DNA from: Geobacterales bacterium
Lineage (GTDB): Bacteria; Desulfobacterota; Desulfuromonadia; Geobacterales; DSM-12255
Assembly (NCBI GenBank): GCA_038206285.1
Contig: JBBRBA010000051.1
Location: forward strand, 1-22,911
Direction of reading: 5' to 3'
Length of the DNA stretch: 22,911 bases
The notes beneath the pieces were generated by a model. The model made no database searches, was not told the DNA's origin, and was given only the letters and a program-made list of their open reading frames with translations. The translations under genes and the position numbers were made by a program. Each line of letters starts with the position of its first letter. Positions within the stretch are counted from its first letter, which is position 1. Positions 5,943 through 15,915 of this stretch are shown piece after piece.

Positions 5943-8900
5943 TTATTGCTGTTGAATGATGGCGGTATAGACGGCGGTGGTTTCCGGGGAGGGCTCGATG
6001 CCGAGTTCGCTCTGAAGCAGGCTGCGGCAGCGTTTGTAGCTCCTGACGGCGTCGGCGTGGTTGCCGAGCCGCTTTTGACAGATCATCAGGCGGCGGTAAA
6101 ACTCTTCGGCCAGGCTGTCGGTCTCGATCCCTTTCGTGTACAGCTCAGAGGCCTTTTCCCACTCACCGACCCGTTCATTCTGACGGCCCGCTGCAAGAAC
6201 GATGCGCAGCAGCCGGTTCTTAAGGGTTTCACGACTGGAGAGTACCCACGGCAAGGCGGAATCAGCAGGGAGGAAAGCTCCTTTGTTCAGACCGAGTGCC
6301 TTTTCGCACGACAGCACGGACTGGTCGTCCGCGAGCGCTTGCGCCCGGTCGAAAATATGTCGGAGCGCCAGGCTGTCCACCCAGCAATAAAGGGGATTGA
6401 TGGTCAGCTGGCGAGTCCGGCAGGTGACGACGTCATCCCTGCCGAGCAGCCGCCGCAGCCGGCTCAGGGTGGTTTCGAAGGACTTGCGGGCCTGGTCGCC
6501 ATCGGCATCGGGCCAAAGGACATCGGTCAGTCGCTCCTCGGGCACGTCCCGGCCGCCGAAGGCGATCAGGCTTTTTAGCAGTTCCAGCGGCTTTTTCTGC
6601 TCCTTGCCGCTAAAAGGCAGCGGCTCGCTGTCCCTGATGATCTCGAAACGGCCAAGGGTATAGACCTTGACCGGATAGGGCCATTCCTCCAGCAGCGCGG
6701 CAGACGGTTCGACACCGCTGTCTGTCACTGGCGGCGCCAGGTGAAGCTTCCTGATCAGCCCCTTCACGTACTCCGGCTCGATCCGTTCCTCCAGCGCCGT
6801 GGCACAGAGAAAGCCCATGACCGCTGGCTGATAGAACTCCAGATGGAGATAGCCGTGCCGCCGCCCCAGCCCGAACCCGCGGTGCAGCGCCAGCAAACCT
6901 TCGCTTCGCATGCCGTCCTGCAACAGAAACCAGGCTTCGAGCAGCAGCGAGTACCACTCCATGACCTGGCTCTTCATGCTCAGGCTGATGCGGTGGGCCG
7001 TCCGCACGAGCGTGGTCGCCTCGCCGGTGCGCCCCTGCATGAAAGCGGCCTGGGCCATGCCGATATGCCATAATGCGCGGTAGTAAGGGGTTCCCATCCG
7101 TTCGATCTGCCCGGAGACGGCCTCCAGGTGCCCGGCGGCACGCGACGGGTTGTTGCAAAGGAGCGCCAGCCAGGAGGCATTGACGTGATAGAAAAAGACG
7201 TTCAGCGCATTCTCCATGCCGAGCAGGGAGCGCAGCTGCTGTTGCAGCGCCAGTTCAGCGTTCGCCAGGTTGCCGGGCGCCAGCTCCGCCGCCGCCTTGA
7301 AGCTCCACAACAGGGAGTCGTAAATATGGACGCCGCTGTTCGCGGAGATCTCCAGCCCTTCGGTGAGGACCTGCAACGCCTCCTGATACCCGGCGGTAAT
7401 CCAGCAATGGATACCTTTCATCAGCTTGATGCGGATGAGCGCAAAGGGGGACGGCTGGCGATGACGAACCTCGACCGCCGCTCGTTCGAGCAGCAGAGCA
7501 TTCTTGTCGTACTCTCCCCGCCAGAGATAATAGATGCTCATACAGAAGACCGTATCCATCTGGATATCAAAGGACGGTTTCAGTTGCAGCAGGCCGGTTA
7601 CTCGCTGCAGCCACAACTCTACCCTGTGCGGCTGATCGGTTTTTCTCAATGTGAGTGAGAGGAGCATTCGCGATGAGACGATCAGTTCGGTGTCCAGGGT
7701 TGGAAATGATGGAAAGCTGCGCTGCAGTTCGTCAAAATCCACCAGGCAGTCATCCAGAGGCTTCCACTCGTCCCCGAAGACATGGGTGTCGACGATGGCC
7801 GCCCACGCAAGATAGCAGCCGGAGGGATCGCCATCCGCCCTGAAAGCTGTCAGGGCCTTTTCCAGAAAACTCCTGCTACGGGGGAGGTCAAGCGGAAACG
7901 AACTGATACCGTTCCAGTACAAAAGCCAGGGGTCATGATCCAGAATTTCGCCGGGGATACAGGCGAGCCATTCTGCCAGGGTCCGGCTCCTCCCCTGGAG
8001 GAGCAGTTCCCTTCCGTGACAGGCCACCATCCTGGCCAGGCTGTCATGGTCTCCGGATTTTGCGTACAAAAGCGCTGCGTCGTCCCGCTGCCCCGACTGT
8101 TCCAGCAGCAGTGCGGCATCTCTTTGCAGCCGCGCCACTCTATCAGCACTGAATTCGCTCACAGCCCTGCTCAGAAGAAATTCCCTGAAGAGAGGATGGT
8201 AGCGATAGTCCTGCCCGCTGCCGGACAGTTTTTCGGTAAAATAATGATGGCGGTTCAGGCTGGCGAGGATATCCCCGGCAGCTGCGAGTCCGGTCAGCTT
8301 TTCGGCCAGAGAAACGCTGAGCATGGGGAGCATGGCGGTTTTCAGCAGAAATTCCTGAATATCTTTCTCTTTGTGATTGAACAGCTCTCCGGCAAAATAA
8401 TCGAAGACCCTGTCTGAAGCCAAGTCCGCGAAAGATGTGATCCCGTCCCATTCCAACCCTGCCCGCTCCTGCATCAGGATTATCCCGGCAACCCACCCTT
8501 CGGTCCGCGCATGCATCCGTACGACCAGTTCCGGGTCAGGAAGCGGTCGGCGGCGCGCCATCAGTTCGCTGGATTCGTCGACGGTGAAGCGGAGATCATT
8601 ATTGTCGAGGGTTGCAATTTTGCCGTTGGACTGCAACCGCGCCAGTGAGGGGGGCGGCAGCTCCCGGCTCAGGACTACAACATGAATGTCGGCGCAGATC
8701 GAAGTCAGTGCGGTGGCGATCATGTCGTGGAACGCGGCCTCGGTCGGTACGTCCTGGTAGTTGTCAAGGACGATGACAAACCCGGGCAATCTCCCGTCTG
8801 TTGCCGGGGAAGGCTGGAGGCGACTGCAAAGTATTTCGAAATAACGACGGGTAAAGGTTGGGACGCCGGCAAGATATTCCGGAGTCAGAAGCGGCAGCGG

Positions 8901-9182
8901 TTTCCTGTGGCGCGGTGCGGCAAGCTTTGCTGCCAGCCCCATGTAGTAGAAAAAGGTGGCGAGGTCTGCATCCCCTTCATCACATTGATACCAGATACAG
9001 GGAAGCTCCTGCGCATCAAGGTAACTGGCGACAAGGGTCGATTTGCCCGAACCGCCAGGCGCAGTTATCCAGGTAACCGGATGCTGTGCCGCTGAATCAA
9101 GCAGTGCAAACAGTCGTTCCCTTTGGACCGGCTTCGTCAGAGTCGGTCGCGCTAATTTTGCCAATGCCGCTTTAGTAGCCAT
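5943..9182 (-). CDS. Large STAND-type signal-transduction ATPase regulator (1079 aa). It has a MalT-like N-terminal P-loop NTPase, a helical/TPR-like middle region, and a C-terminal OmpR/PhoB-type winged helix plus BTAD (SARP-type) module.
   Basis: N-terminus LAKLARPTLTKPVQRERLFALLD..VTWITAPGGSGKSTLV (Walker A). FVIVLDNYQDV (Walker B-like). A long helical repeat region follows. The last ~242 aa (about 5946-6671) read VKVYTLGRFEIIRDSEPLPFSGKEQKKPLELLKSLIAFGGRDVPEERLTDVLWPD..ARKSFETTLSRLRRLLG (wHTH), then ELYTKGIETDSLAEEFYRRLMICQKRLGNHADAVRSYKRCRSLLQSELGIEPSPET (BTAD). Confidence 0.85.
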   Translation of the reverse strand: MATKAALAKLARPTLTKPVQRERLFALLDSAAQHPVTWITAPGGSGKSTLVASYLDAQELPCIWYQCDEGDADLATFFYYMGLAAKLAAPRHRKPLPLLTPEYLAGVPTFTRRYFEILCSRLQPSPATDGRLPGFVIVLDNYQDVPTEAAFHDMIATALTSICADIHVVVLSRELPPPSLARLQSNGKIATLDNNDLRFTVDESSELMARRRPLPDPELVVRMHARTEGWVAGIILMQERAGLEWDGITSFADLASDRVFDYFAGELFNHKEKDIQEFLLKTAMLPMLSVSLAEKLTGLAAAGDILASLNRHHYFTEKLSGSGQDYRYHPLFREFLLSRAVSEFSADRVARLQRDAALLLEQSGQRDDAALLYAKSGDHDSLARMVACHGRELLLQGRSRTLAEWLACIPGEILDHDPWLLYWNGISSFPLDLPRSRSFLEKALTAFRADGDPSGCYLAWAAIVDTHVFGDEWKPLDDCLVDFDELQRSFPSFPTLDTELIVSSRMLLSLTLRKTDQPHRVELWLQRVTGLLQLKPSFDIQMDTVFCMSIYYLWRGEYDKNALLLERAAVEVRHRQPSPFALIRIKLMKGIHCWITAGYQEALQVLTEGLEISANSGVHIYDSLLWSFKAAAELAPGNLANAELALQQQLRSLLGMENALNVFFYHVNASWLALLCNNPSRAAGHLEAVSGQIERMGTPYYRALWHIGMAQAAFMQGRTGEATTLVRTAHRISLSMKSQVMEWYSLLLEAWFLLQDGMRSEGLLALHRGFGLGRRHGYLHLEFYQPAVMGFLCATALEERIEPEYVKGLIRKLHLAPPVTDSGVEPSAALLEEWPYPVKVYTLGRFEIIRDSEPLPFSGKEQKKPLELLKSLIAFGGRDVPEERLTDVLWPDADGDQARKSFETTLSRLRRLLGRDDVVTCRTRQLTINPLYCWVDSLALRHIFDRAQALADDQSVLSCEKALGLNKGAFLPADSALPWVLSSRETLKNRLLRIVLAAGRQNERVGEWEKASELYTKGIETDSLAEEFYRRLMICQKRLGNHADAVRSYKRCRSLLQSELGIEPSPETTAVYTAIIQQQ

Positions 9183-9212
9183 CGCATCCGTAGATTATTG
9201 AAGTTGGCAATT

Positions 9213-9230
9213 CACTAATGAAAATTAGTG
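9213..9230. promoter_or_regulatory. Perfect inverted repeat CACTAAT-GAAA-ATTAGTG in the leader/promoter of the STAND regulator gene.
   Basis: Seen directly about 31 bp upstream of ATG 9182. Two further palindromes follow: ATGTTGCAACAT at 9246-9257 and GAACA-N6-TGTTC at 9264-9279. Confidence 0.3.
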
Positions 9231-9300
9231 TACAGCAGCTGTCGCATGTTGCAACATAAACCGGAACATGATCCTGTTCTCTGCCGGCAAAAATGTCTGC

Positions 9301-9342
9301 AGACACAAAACGCCCCCCACTCTGGCAAGTGAAGGGCGTTTT
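9301..9342 (-). terminator. Rho-independent terminator downstream of frr.
   Basis: The minus strand reads AAAACGCCC-TT-CACT-TGCCAG-AGTG-GG-GGGCGTTTT followed by GTGTCT. This is a GC-rich interrupted stem ending in a T run, about 33 nt after the frr stop. Confidence 0.65.
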
Positions 9343-9374
9343 CAATTCTACGTAGAAAGCTGCGAGGGGCTGAA

Positions 9375-9932
9375 CTACACCTCCATGACCTCTTTCTCTT
9401 TATGGCCAAGCACTTCGTCAACTTTGGCAACGTGCTTGTCAGTCAGGTCCTGGACCTCTTTTTCGACCCGCTTCAGTTCGTCTTCAGTAATCTTCTTGTC
9501 CTTTTCCAGCTTCTTCAGCTTGTCGATGGCATCACGGCGAATGTTGCGCAGGGCGATCCGGTCATCTTCGGCTTTTTTCTTCAGATCCTTGACAATATCC
9601 TTGCGCCGCTCTTCGGTGAGCGCGGGGAGTATAAGGCGGATCAGCTTGCCGTCGTTGGAGGGGGTCAGACCGATATTCGCGTTAAGAATCGCTTTTTCTA
9701 TCAGGGCGATCAACTTCGGCTCCCAAGGGGAGATGGTGATGGTTCTGGCCTCCGGCACTGCCATGTTGGCAACGGCGCTGATCGGTGAAAGGTTGCCGTA
9801 ATAGTCAACTTTTATGTCATCAAGCAGCGCTGTAGAGGCTCGCCCGGTCCGGATTTTTGCATATTCACGGCGAAGAGTGTCAATAGTCTTGACCATATGA
9901 TCTGTCATGTCTTTGATAATATCTTTTGTCAT
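9375..9932 (-). CDS. frr: Ribosome recycling factor.
   Basis: 185 aa. Contains IRTGRASTALLDDIKVDYYG..SPISAVANMAVPEARTITISPWEP, LTEERRKDIVK and RNIRRDA, the typical RRF sequence and length. The SD GGGGAG lies inside the pyrH 3' end. It follows pyrH by 2 nt, the classical gene order. Confidence 0.97.
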   Translation of the reverse strand: MTKDIIKDMTDHMVKTIDTLRREYAKIRTGRASTALLDDIKVDYYGNLSPISAVANMAVPEARTITISPWEPKLIALIEKAILNANIGLTPSNDGKLIRLILPALTEERRKDIVKDLKKKAEDDRIALRNIRRDAIDKLKKLEKDKKITEDELKRVEKEVQDLTDKHVAKVDEVLGHKEKEVMEV

Positions 9933-9934
9933 AA

Positions 9935-10663
<729 letters not shown>

Positions 10664-10820
10664 CTAGCCCAGGAACTGGATAAGTGCGTTAACGAAATTA
10701 TTTTCCGATCAGCCCCGAAGGCGGGATAAGTACGTGCACAAAATAACTTCTGGAAAAACGCAGAATTGATTTTTAACGTACTAAAAACGCAGAAAGTAAT
10801 TTCTAACTTACTAAAGGATG

Positions 10821-10849
10821 AAAAAAAGGCCGACCCTGAAGGTCGGCCT
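10821..10849 (-). terminator. Rho-independent terminator downstream of tsf.
   Basis: The minus strand reads AGGCCGACC-TTCAG-GGTCGGCCT followed by TTTTTTT. This is a perfect 9-bp GC-rich stem, about 8 nt after the tsf stop. Confidence 0.85.
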
Positions 10850-10856
10850 GAATCAA

Positions 10857-11753
10857 TCAGTTGCCAGCAGCAGCTGCAACTTCGGCAGCAAAGTCACACT
10901 CTTTCTTCTCTAACCCTTCGCCCAGCACGAATCTGGCAAAGCGGATTACCGTGACATCAGCCCCGGCAGCCTTGAGAAGCTGCTGGATGGTTTTGTCGGG
11001 ATCCTTGACAAAGCTCTGCTCAAGGAGGCAGACTTCACCGTAGAACTTGCCGATCTGACCCTCGATGATCTTCTCGACGATGTTCTCCGGTTTGCCGGTC
11101 TGTCTTGCCTTGTCACGGTAGATGTCCTTCTCGCGTTCGAGAACATCTGTTGAAACCTCTTCACGGCGGACAAATTGCGGTGCGGCAGCGGCGACATGCA
11201 TGGCTACGTCTCTGGCAACAACTGCCAGATCGCCGGTGCCTGACAGTTCTACCATTACACCTATTTTGCCGCCGGCATGAATGTAGGAACCGATAAACCC
11301 TTCAGTTGCAAAGCGGGCAAAGCGGCGAATCTGCAGATTTTCGCCGATAACGGCAATCGCTTCGTTAAGGGTGGTCTGCACGGTTTTGCCAGGCACTTTG
11401 ACAGAATCCTGAGAAAAGAGGGCGTTATTGTCAGCCGGAGCGGCAACCAGTATCTGGTTGGCAACATCGGCAATAAATGCCAGGAACTTGTCGGTCTTGG
11501 CGACAAAATCTGTTTCGCTGTTTATCTCAACCAGCGCACCGCTTTTACCGTCAGCAGCTATCAGTGCGGCAACCAGCCCTTCGGTTGCGGCTCTGCCGGA
11601 CTTTTTGGCGGCAGCGGAAAGGCCTTTCTTGCGCAGAAAATCTACCGCCTTCTCCATATCGCCTTCGGTCTCTTCAAGGGCCTTTTTGCAATCAAGCATG
11701 CCGGCGCCGGTACTTTTACGAAGTTCATTAACCTGTGCAGCTGTAATACTCAC
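10857..11753 (-). CDS. tsf: Translation elongation factor Ts.
   Basis: Contains [80 protein letters not shown] and [11 protein letters not shown] place the start at GTG 11753 because AGGAGG (11764-11759) sits 5 nt upstream and EF-Ts normally begins M-SITAAxV. The ORF-track ATG at 11771 is the alternative. Confidence 0.95.
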   Translation of the reverse strand: MSITAAQVNELRKSTGAGMLDCKKALEETEGDMEKAVDFLRKKGLSAAAKKSGRAATEGLVAALIAADGKSGALVEINSETDFVAKTDKFLAFIADVANQILVAAPADNNALFSQDSVKVPGKTVQTTLNEAIAVIGENLQIRRFARFATEGFIGSYIHAGGKIGVMVELSGTGDLAVVARDVAMHVAAAAPQFVRREEVSTDVLEREKDIYRDKARQTGKPENIVEKIIEGQIGKFYGEVCLLEQSFVKDPDKTIQQLLKAAGADVTVIRFARFVLGEGLEKKECDFAAEVAAAAGN

Positions 11754-11802
11754 CTTATCCTCCTGGGTCATAGCGGCAGATGCCGCAAGCCGGTAAATTT
11801 TC

Positions 11803-12573
11803 TTATTCGGCAGACGCTTCTTCTACCGCATCTTCCGGGCTGCCTTCTTCAACAGCATCACCTTCATTGTAGTTCTGCAGCTGCTGGTCCCTGATTTCGC
11901 GACCTTCGATGATTGCATCGGCAATCTTGCTGCTCAAAAGGCGGATGGCGCGGATTGCATCATCGTTGCCGGGTATTATATAGTCGATCATGTCCGGATT
12001 GCAGTTGGTGTCAACAATTGCGACTACCGGAATGCCAAGTTTCTTGGCTTCACAGACGGCAATCTCTTCATTCTGCGGGTCAACTACAAAGAGGACACCC
12101 GGCAGCTTGCCCATACCTTTGATCCCGCCAAGGGTCTTTTCAAGTTTTTCACGCTCTTTATCAAACTGGAGACGCTCTTTCTTGGTATATGCCTCGATAG
12201 AGCCGTCAGCAAACATGCTGTCGAACTTTTTCAGGCGTTCGATGCTCTGCTTGACCGTGGAAAAATTGGTCAGCATGCCGCCGAGCCAGCGCTGATTCAC
12301 GTAATGCATGCCGCAGCGGCTTGCCTCTTCGGCAACGGCGTCCTGTCCCTGCTTCTTGGTGCCGACAAAAAGGAATGTTTCGCCTGCCCTGGCAGCTTCG
12401 GTGACAAAGTTGTAAGCGTTCTTGAAAAGGCGGACGGTTTTCTGCAGGTCAATGATGTAGATGCCGTTTCTTGCTCCGAAAATGTATGGCTTCATCTTCG
12501 GGTTCCAGCGTTTTGTCTGGTGACCGAAATGAACACCGGCCTCCAGAAGCTCCTTCATGGTAATACTGGACAT
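11803..12573 (-). CDS. rpsB: 30S ribosomal protein S2.
   Basis: [46 protein letters not shown].. is the typical S2 sequence. The start is set at ATG 12573 (AAGGAGAG SD upstream). The 29-aa N-terminal extension in the ORF track (to 12660) has no S2 counterpart. Confidence 0.95.
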   Translation of the reverse strand: MSSITMKELLEAGVHFGHQTKRWNPKMKPYIFGARNGIYIIDLQKTVRLFKNAYNFVTEAARAGETFLFVGTKKQGQDAVAEEASRCGMHYVNQRWLGGMLTNFSTVKQSIERLKKFDSMFADGSIEAYTKKERLQFDKEREKLEKTLGGIKGMGKLPGVLFVVDPQNEEIAVCEAKKLGIPVVAIVDTNCNPDMIDYIIPGNDDAIRAIRLLSSKIADAIIEGREIRDQQLQNYNEGDAVEEGSPEDAVEEASAE

Positions 12574-12775
12574 TTTTGCTCTCCTTGGATTTGGTTTTTC
12601 CCCTCCGCATACCCATAACCATGGGATCCTTTGCAGGACACCCCCCATAGCCGACGGCAAGCGTGTGAAATTTCTACAGCGAATTTATATAACACAATCG
12701 ACCTGTTACAGGCAAGAGAAAACGAAAGCAGGCGGAGCCGTTTACATCCTTTCCGCCTTGATGTATGATGCCGCC

Positions 12776-13936
12776 ATGCCGCCGATTCTTTACCGTTATC
12801 TTGCAAAAGAGATCTTCTCACCGTTTCTGCTCGGACTTTTCGTTTTTACCGGCGTTCTGCTGATGGGGCGGATGCTGAAACTTGCCGACATGGTTGTCAG
12901 CAAGGGTGTGCCGGTCTCTGAAGTGTTTTTGCTGATTCTCTATCTGTTGCCGAATTTTGCAATCATTACCCTCCCCATGGCGCTTCTTCTGGCCGTTCTT
13001 ATCGGCTTCAGCAGACTTTCGGCAGACAGCGAGATTATAGCCATGAAGGCCAGCGGCATAAGCCTGTACCGGCTGCTCCCTCCGGTTTTGCTGATCGCTC
13101 TCTTTGCCTATCTGCTCACGTCATTCAATGCAATCTATCTGCTGCCGAAGGGAAATGCAGCCTTCAAGGAGATGCTTTACCATGTTATTCAGGGGAGATT
13201 GAACCTGAGTCTCAAGGAGCAGGTGTTCAACACCACTATTCCGGGACTGCTCATCTATATTGAAAAAAATGATGGCCAAAAGGGAAAGCTCTCCGGCTTG
13301 ATGATCCAGGATGAGCGCAAGCCGGAAGAGGTATCGACGATATTTGCAAAAACCGGCTCATTGGGAATGGATGAAAAGGACAAAAAACTCTACATTCATC
13401 TCTCAGACGGCAGCATTCATCAGCCACGTCCGAAAGGGATCTACCGCCAGCTTGATTTTCAAGAATATGCGCTGTCGATTGATCTGGCAAAAACAGGGAC
13501 TGCATTTGAAAAGAATGAAGCAGATATGACACTTGCCGAAATACGCCAGAATATGAAGAGGGGTATTTTCTCCACCAAGGTGCTGACAGACATGGAACTT
13601 GAACTGCATCGCCGGTTTGCGCTTCCGTTTGCCTGTTTTATATTTGCAATCGTCGCTCTGCCGCTCGGTATTCAGAACCGGCGATCCGGCAAGTCTGCCG
13701 GATTTTCTCTCGGCATTGCGGCGCTGCTTGTCTATTATATTGTACAGTCGCTCGGCCGGACACTTGGCGAGAAGGCTGTCTTGCCGCTGGCTCTGGCTGC
13801 CTGGCTGCCGAACATCATATTTCTGTCAGGCGGCATCTATCTATTGTTCAAGGCCGCCAGGGAAGAGCGCATCTGGTTGTTTGACCGGGGCAGTCTGCTG
13901 CTGACAACTTTATTCAAACGGCGCGGCGGGCGATGA
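12776..13936 (+). CDS. lptF: LPS export ABC transporter permease LptF (YjgP/YjgQ family).
   Basis: MPPILYRYLAKEIFSPFLLGLFVFTGVLLMGRMLKLADMVV.. with multiple TM segments, a periplasmic middle domain, and C-terminal TMs. It pairs with the downstream lptG through a 4-nt ATGA overlap. The start is uncertain: ATG 12776 or 12761. The ORF-track start at 12557 overlaps rpsB and is implausible. Confidence 0.85.
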   Translation: MPPILYRYLAKEIFSPFLLGLFVFTGVLLMGRMLKLADMVVSKGVPVSEVFLLILYLLPNFAIITLPMALLLAVLIGFSRLSADSEIIAMKASGISLYRLLPPVLLIALFAYLLTSFNAIYLLPKGNAAFKEMLYHVIQGRLNLSLKEQVFNTTIPGLLIYIEKNDGQKGKLSGLMIQDERKPEEVSTIFAKTGSLGMDEKDKKLYIHLSDGSIHQPRPKGIYRQLDFQEYALSIDLAKTGTAFEKNEADMTLAEIRQNMKRGIFSTKVLTDMELELHRRFALPFACFIFAIVALPLGIQNRRSGKSAGFSLGIAALLVYYIVQSLGRTLGEKAVLPLALAAWLPNIIFLSGGIYLLFKAAREERIWLFDRGSLLLTTLFKRRGGR

Positions 13937-15027
13937 ATATTCTCAGTCGCTATCTTGTGCGTACCTATCTGGGGATGATTGCCACTTGCCTGGGAGCATT
14001 TGTTGCCATTTATCTCCTCGTCGATTTCATGGAAAAGTTTGGCAAATTCAGCCGCGCCGGCGCGCCGCTGACATCAGTTCTGCTCTACTTCCTCTGCAAG
14101 ATTCCGGAGATCATCGCCCAGACAACTTCGATGGCGGTTCTTATGGGAACGATCCTGGCTATCGGCACGCTGTCAAAAAACAGCGAGATAACCGCCATGC
14201 GGAGCAGCGGTATAAGCCTTGTGCAGATCGGCAGACCGCTGCTGGTTACGGCCGCTCTTTTCAGCCTCATGCTGCTGCTGATGCAGGAGTTTGTTACGCC
14301 GGCATCCAATGAGAAAATGCGCCACATCGAACAGGTGGAGATGAAGAAGGTGCAGCCGCAGGAATATGAGAAGTGGACTCTTTTCCGCTGGAACAACATC
14401 TGGCACCGGGATGATAACCTGATTCTGCAGGCAAAGCTCTTCAATCCCGACACTTCAACCCTTTCCGGAATCACGTTATGGGAGGTTGACCGGGAATTGA
14501 GGCCTGTCTCAAGGATTGATGCTGCAACGGCTATCCCGGCTGTCAACGGCTGGCAGTTTCAGAATTTGACCAAAAGAGTTTTTACTCAGCCTGGTGGCGT
14601 TGCGGTATCGAGCAACAGTAAGGAATTTGTCAAACTGGATCTTGTGGTTGCCGATCTGAAAGTCGTTGCCAAATCTGCCGAAGATATGGGGTTCCGCGCG
14701 CTGTTACGCTACTGCGAGACAGTAAGCGCCAGCGGTTATGATGCAACCCACTACCTGACCCTGCTGCATGCAAAACTATCGCTGCCGTTTGCCGCCCTGA
14801 TCATGGCTTTCCTCGGGATACCGTTTTCGCTGAAGGATAATCGCTCCGGAGGAGTATGGATAGGGGTCGGCATCAGTATTCTCATCGGTTTTTCCTACTT
14901 TATCATCAATGCGCTGCTGCTGTCATTGGGACAGGCCGGAGCGCTCCCGCCGCCGGTTGCCGCCTGGGCGGCAAATCTGCTGTTTGCCGGGGCGGGATTA
15001 TGGTTTACACTTACGGTAGACTCTTAA
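13933..15027 (+). CDS. lptG: LPS export ABC transporter permease LptG (YjgP/YjgQ family).
   Basis: MNILSRYLVRTYLGMIATCLGAFVAIYLLVDFMEKF.. with the same TM / periplasmic domain / TM architecture as lptF and translational coupling to it. Confidence 0.88.
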   Translation: MNILSRYLVRTYLGMIATCLGAFVAIYLLVDFMEKFGKFSRAGAPLTSVLLYFLCKIPEIIAQTTSMAVLMGTILAIGTLSKNSEITAMRSSGISLVQIGRPLLVTAALFSLMLLLMQEFVTPASNEKMRHIEQVEMKKVQPQEYEKWTLFRWNNIWHRDDNLILQAKLFNPDTSTLSGITLWEVDRELRPVSRIDAATAIPAVNGWQFQNLTKRVFTQPGGVAVSSNSKEFVKLDLVVADLKVVAKSAEDMGFRALLRYCETVSASGYDATHYLTLLHAKLSLPFAALIMAFLGIPFSLKDNRSGGVWIGVGISILIGFSYFIINALLLSLGQAGALPPPVAAWAANLLFAGAGLWFTLTVDS

Positions 15028-15048
15028 CGGTAAATCAGGGAGCACTTT

Positions 15049-15915
15049 ATGCGTCAAATCATAACGGCATTAATTATGGCACTGGTATTGTGCACAACTG
15101 CTTTTGCTGAAGACGAGTCGATGCAGTCTCCGCCGATACTGAGCATAATTCCCGGGCAAGGGGCTCCAGCTACAAGAGTAGTTATCTCCGGGACAGGCTT
15201 TACTCTGGAGACGGTCCTGTATCTCGGTATCGAAGCGGTTCCGGTAAAACTCCTGTCGTCACGGCAGCTAAGCTTCGAAATTCCGCAGATTGCTGCCGGG
15301 AACTATGCCCTCTATCTGCGCCAGAATGGAGGCGAAAGCGGCAAGGCATATTCGTTTGCGGTCGTGCCGGTAAAGCCGGTCGCGACTTCGGTTTCGCCGG
15401 ACAGCATTGCGTACTGCGCATCAGGAGATGACCGGAAGGTAGCTGTCAGAGGGAAAAATTTTCTTGAAGGGGCGCAAGTTGTTTTTGACGGCGCCATGAT
15501 AAGAAGCAGCCGCATTTCCGGCGAAGAGATGACCTTTACCGCACCGCCGGTTCCCGGAGGGCTTCATCAGGTGCAGGTCAAAAACCCGGAGGAGACTCTT
15601 TCCGGGGCGGTAGCCCTGTTGGTAAACAACCGGCCGGAACTACGCAACGTCAGCCAGGGGGCTGATTATGTTAACTATTACGATTTGAATATTGAGGGGA
15701 TCAATTTCCAGCAGGGATCCGTCCTGGTAGTTAACGGGAAGACGGTCCAGATGGGTTATTCTTATTATGGAGTGCAGGACAGCCTGGCCTTTGTAAGTTG
15801 CACCAGGCTGATCTATCGGCGCTATCCTTACGACCCGACATCAAAAAACCTGGATATTAGGATAGTTAATCCCGGCGGCGAAGAGAGCAGCAGCTTTACG
15901 GTGACGGCGCCCTAG
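15049..15915 (+). CDS. Secreted IPT/TIG-domain repeat protein.
   Basis: A GGGAG SD precedes the start. Signal peptide MRQIITALIMALVLCTTAFA. Repeated modules of about 85-90 aa follow, of the type P.I.SI.P..G...T.V.I.G.GF........G...v......s...l.F..P, for example PILSIIPGQGAPATRVVISGTGF and PVATSVSPDS..KVAVRGKNFLEGAQVVFDG..EEMTFTAPPVPGGLHQVQVKNP. Confidence 0.75.
   Translation: MRQIITALIMALVLCTTAFAEDESMQSPPILSIIPGQGAPATRVVISGTGFTLETVLYLGIEAVPVKLLSSRQLSFEIPQIAAGNYALYLRQNGGESGKAYSFAVVPVKPVATSVSPDSIAYCASGDDRKVAVRGKNFLEGAQVVFDGAMIRSSRISGEEMTFTAPPVPGGLHQVQVKNPEETLSGAVALLVNNRPELRNVSQGADYVNYYDLNIEGINFQQGSVLVVNGKTVQMGYSYYGVQDSLAFVSCTRLIYRRYPYDPTSKNLDIRIVNPGGEESSSFTVTAP

Noticed and set aside
5892-9095. 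Plus- and minus-strand internal ORFs overlapping the 1079-aa regulator gene. Examples: 5892-6578+, 6610-7158-, 7128-7658+, 7782-8417+, 8682-9095+.
   Set aside because: They lie inside or opposite a single long ORF that has coherent ATPase, helical-repeat, wHTH and BTAD content. Their translations are compositionally biased and carry no motifs.
12574-12660. N-terminal extensions suggested by the ORF track: rpsB to 12660, lptF from 12557, the GT-C/TPR gene to 17818, and tsf to 11771.
   Set aside because: The extensions add non-conserved residues, overlap neighbouring genes or a terminator, and lack SD sites. Internal starts at 12573, 12776/12761, 17653 and 11753 fit the family N-termini, and 12573 and 11753 also have SD sequences.
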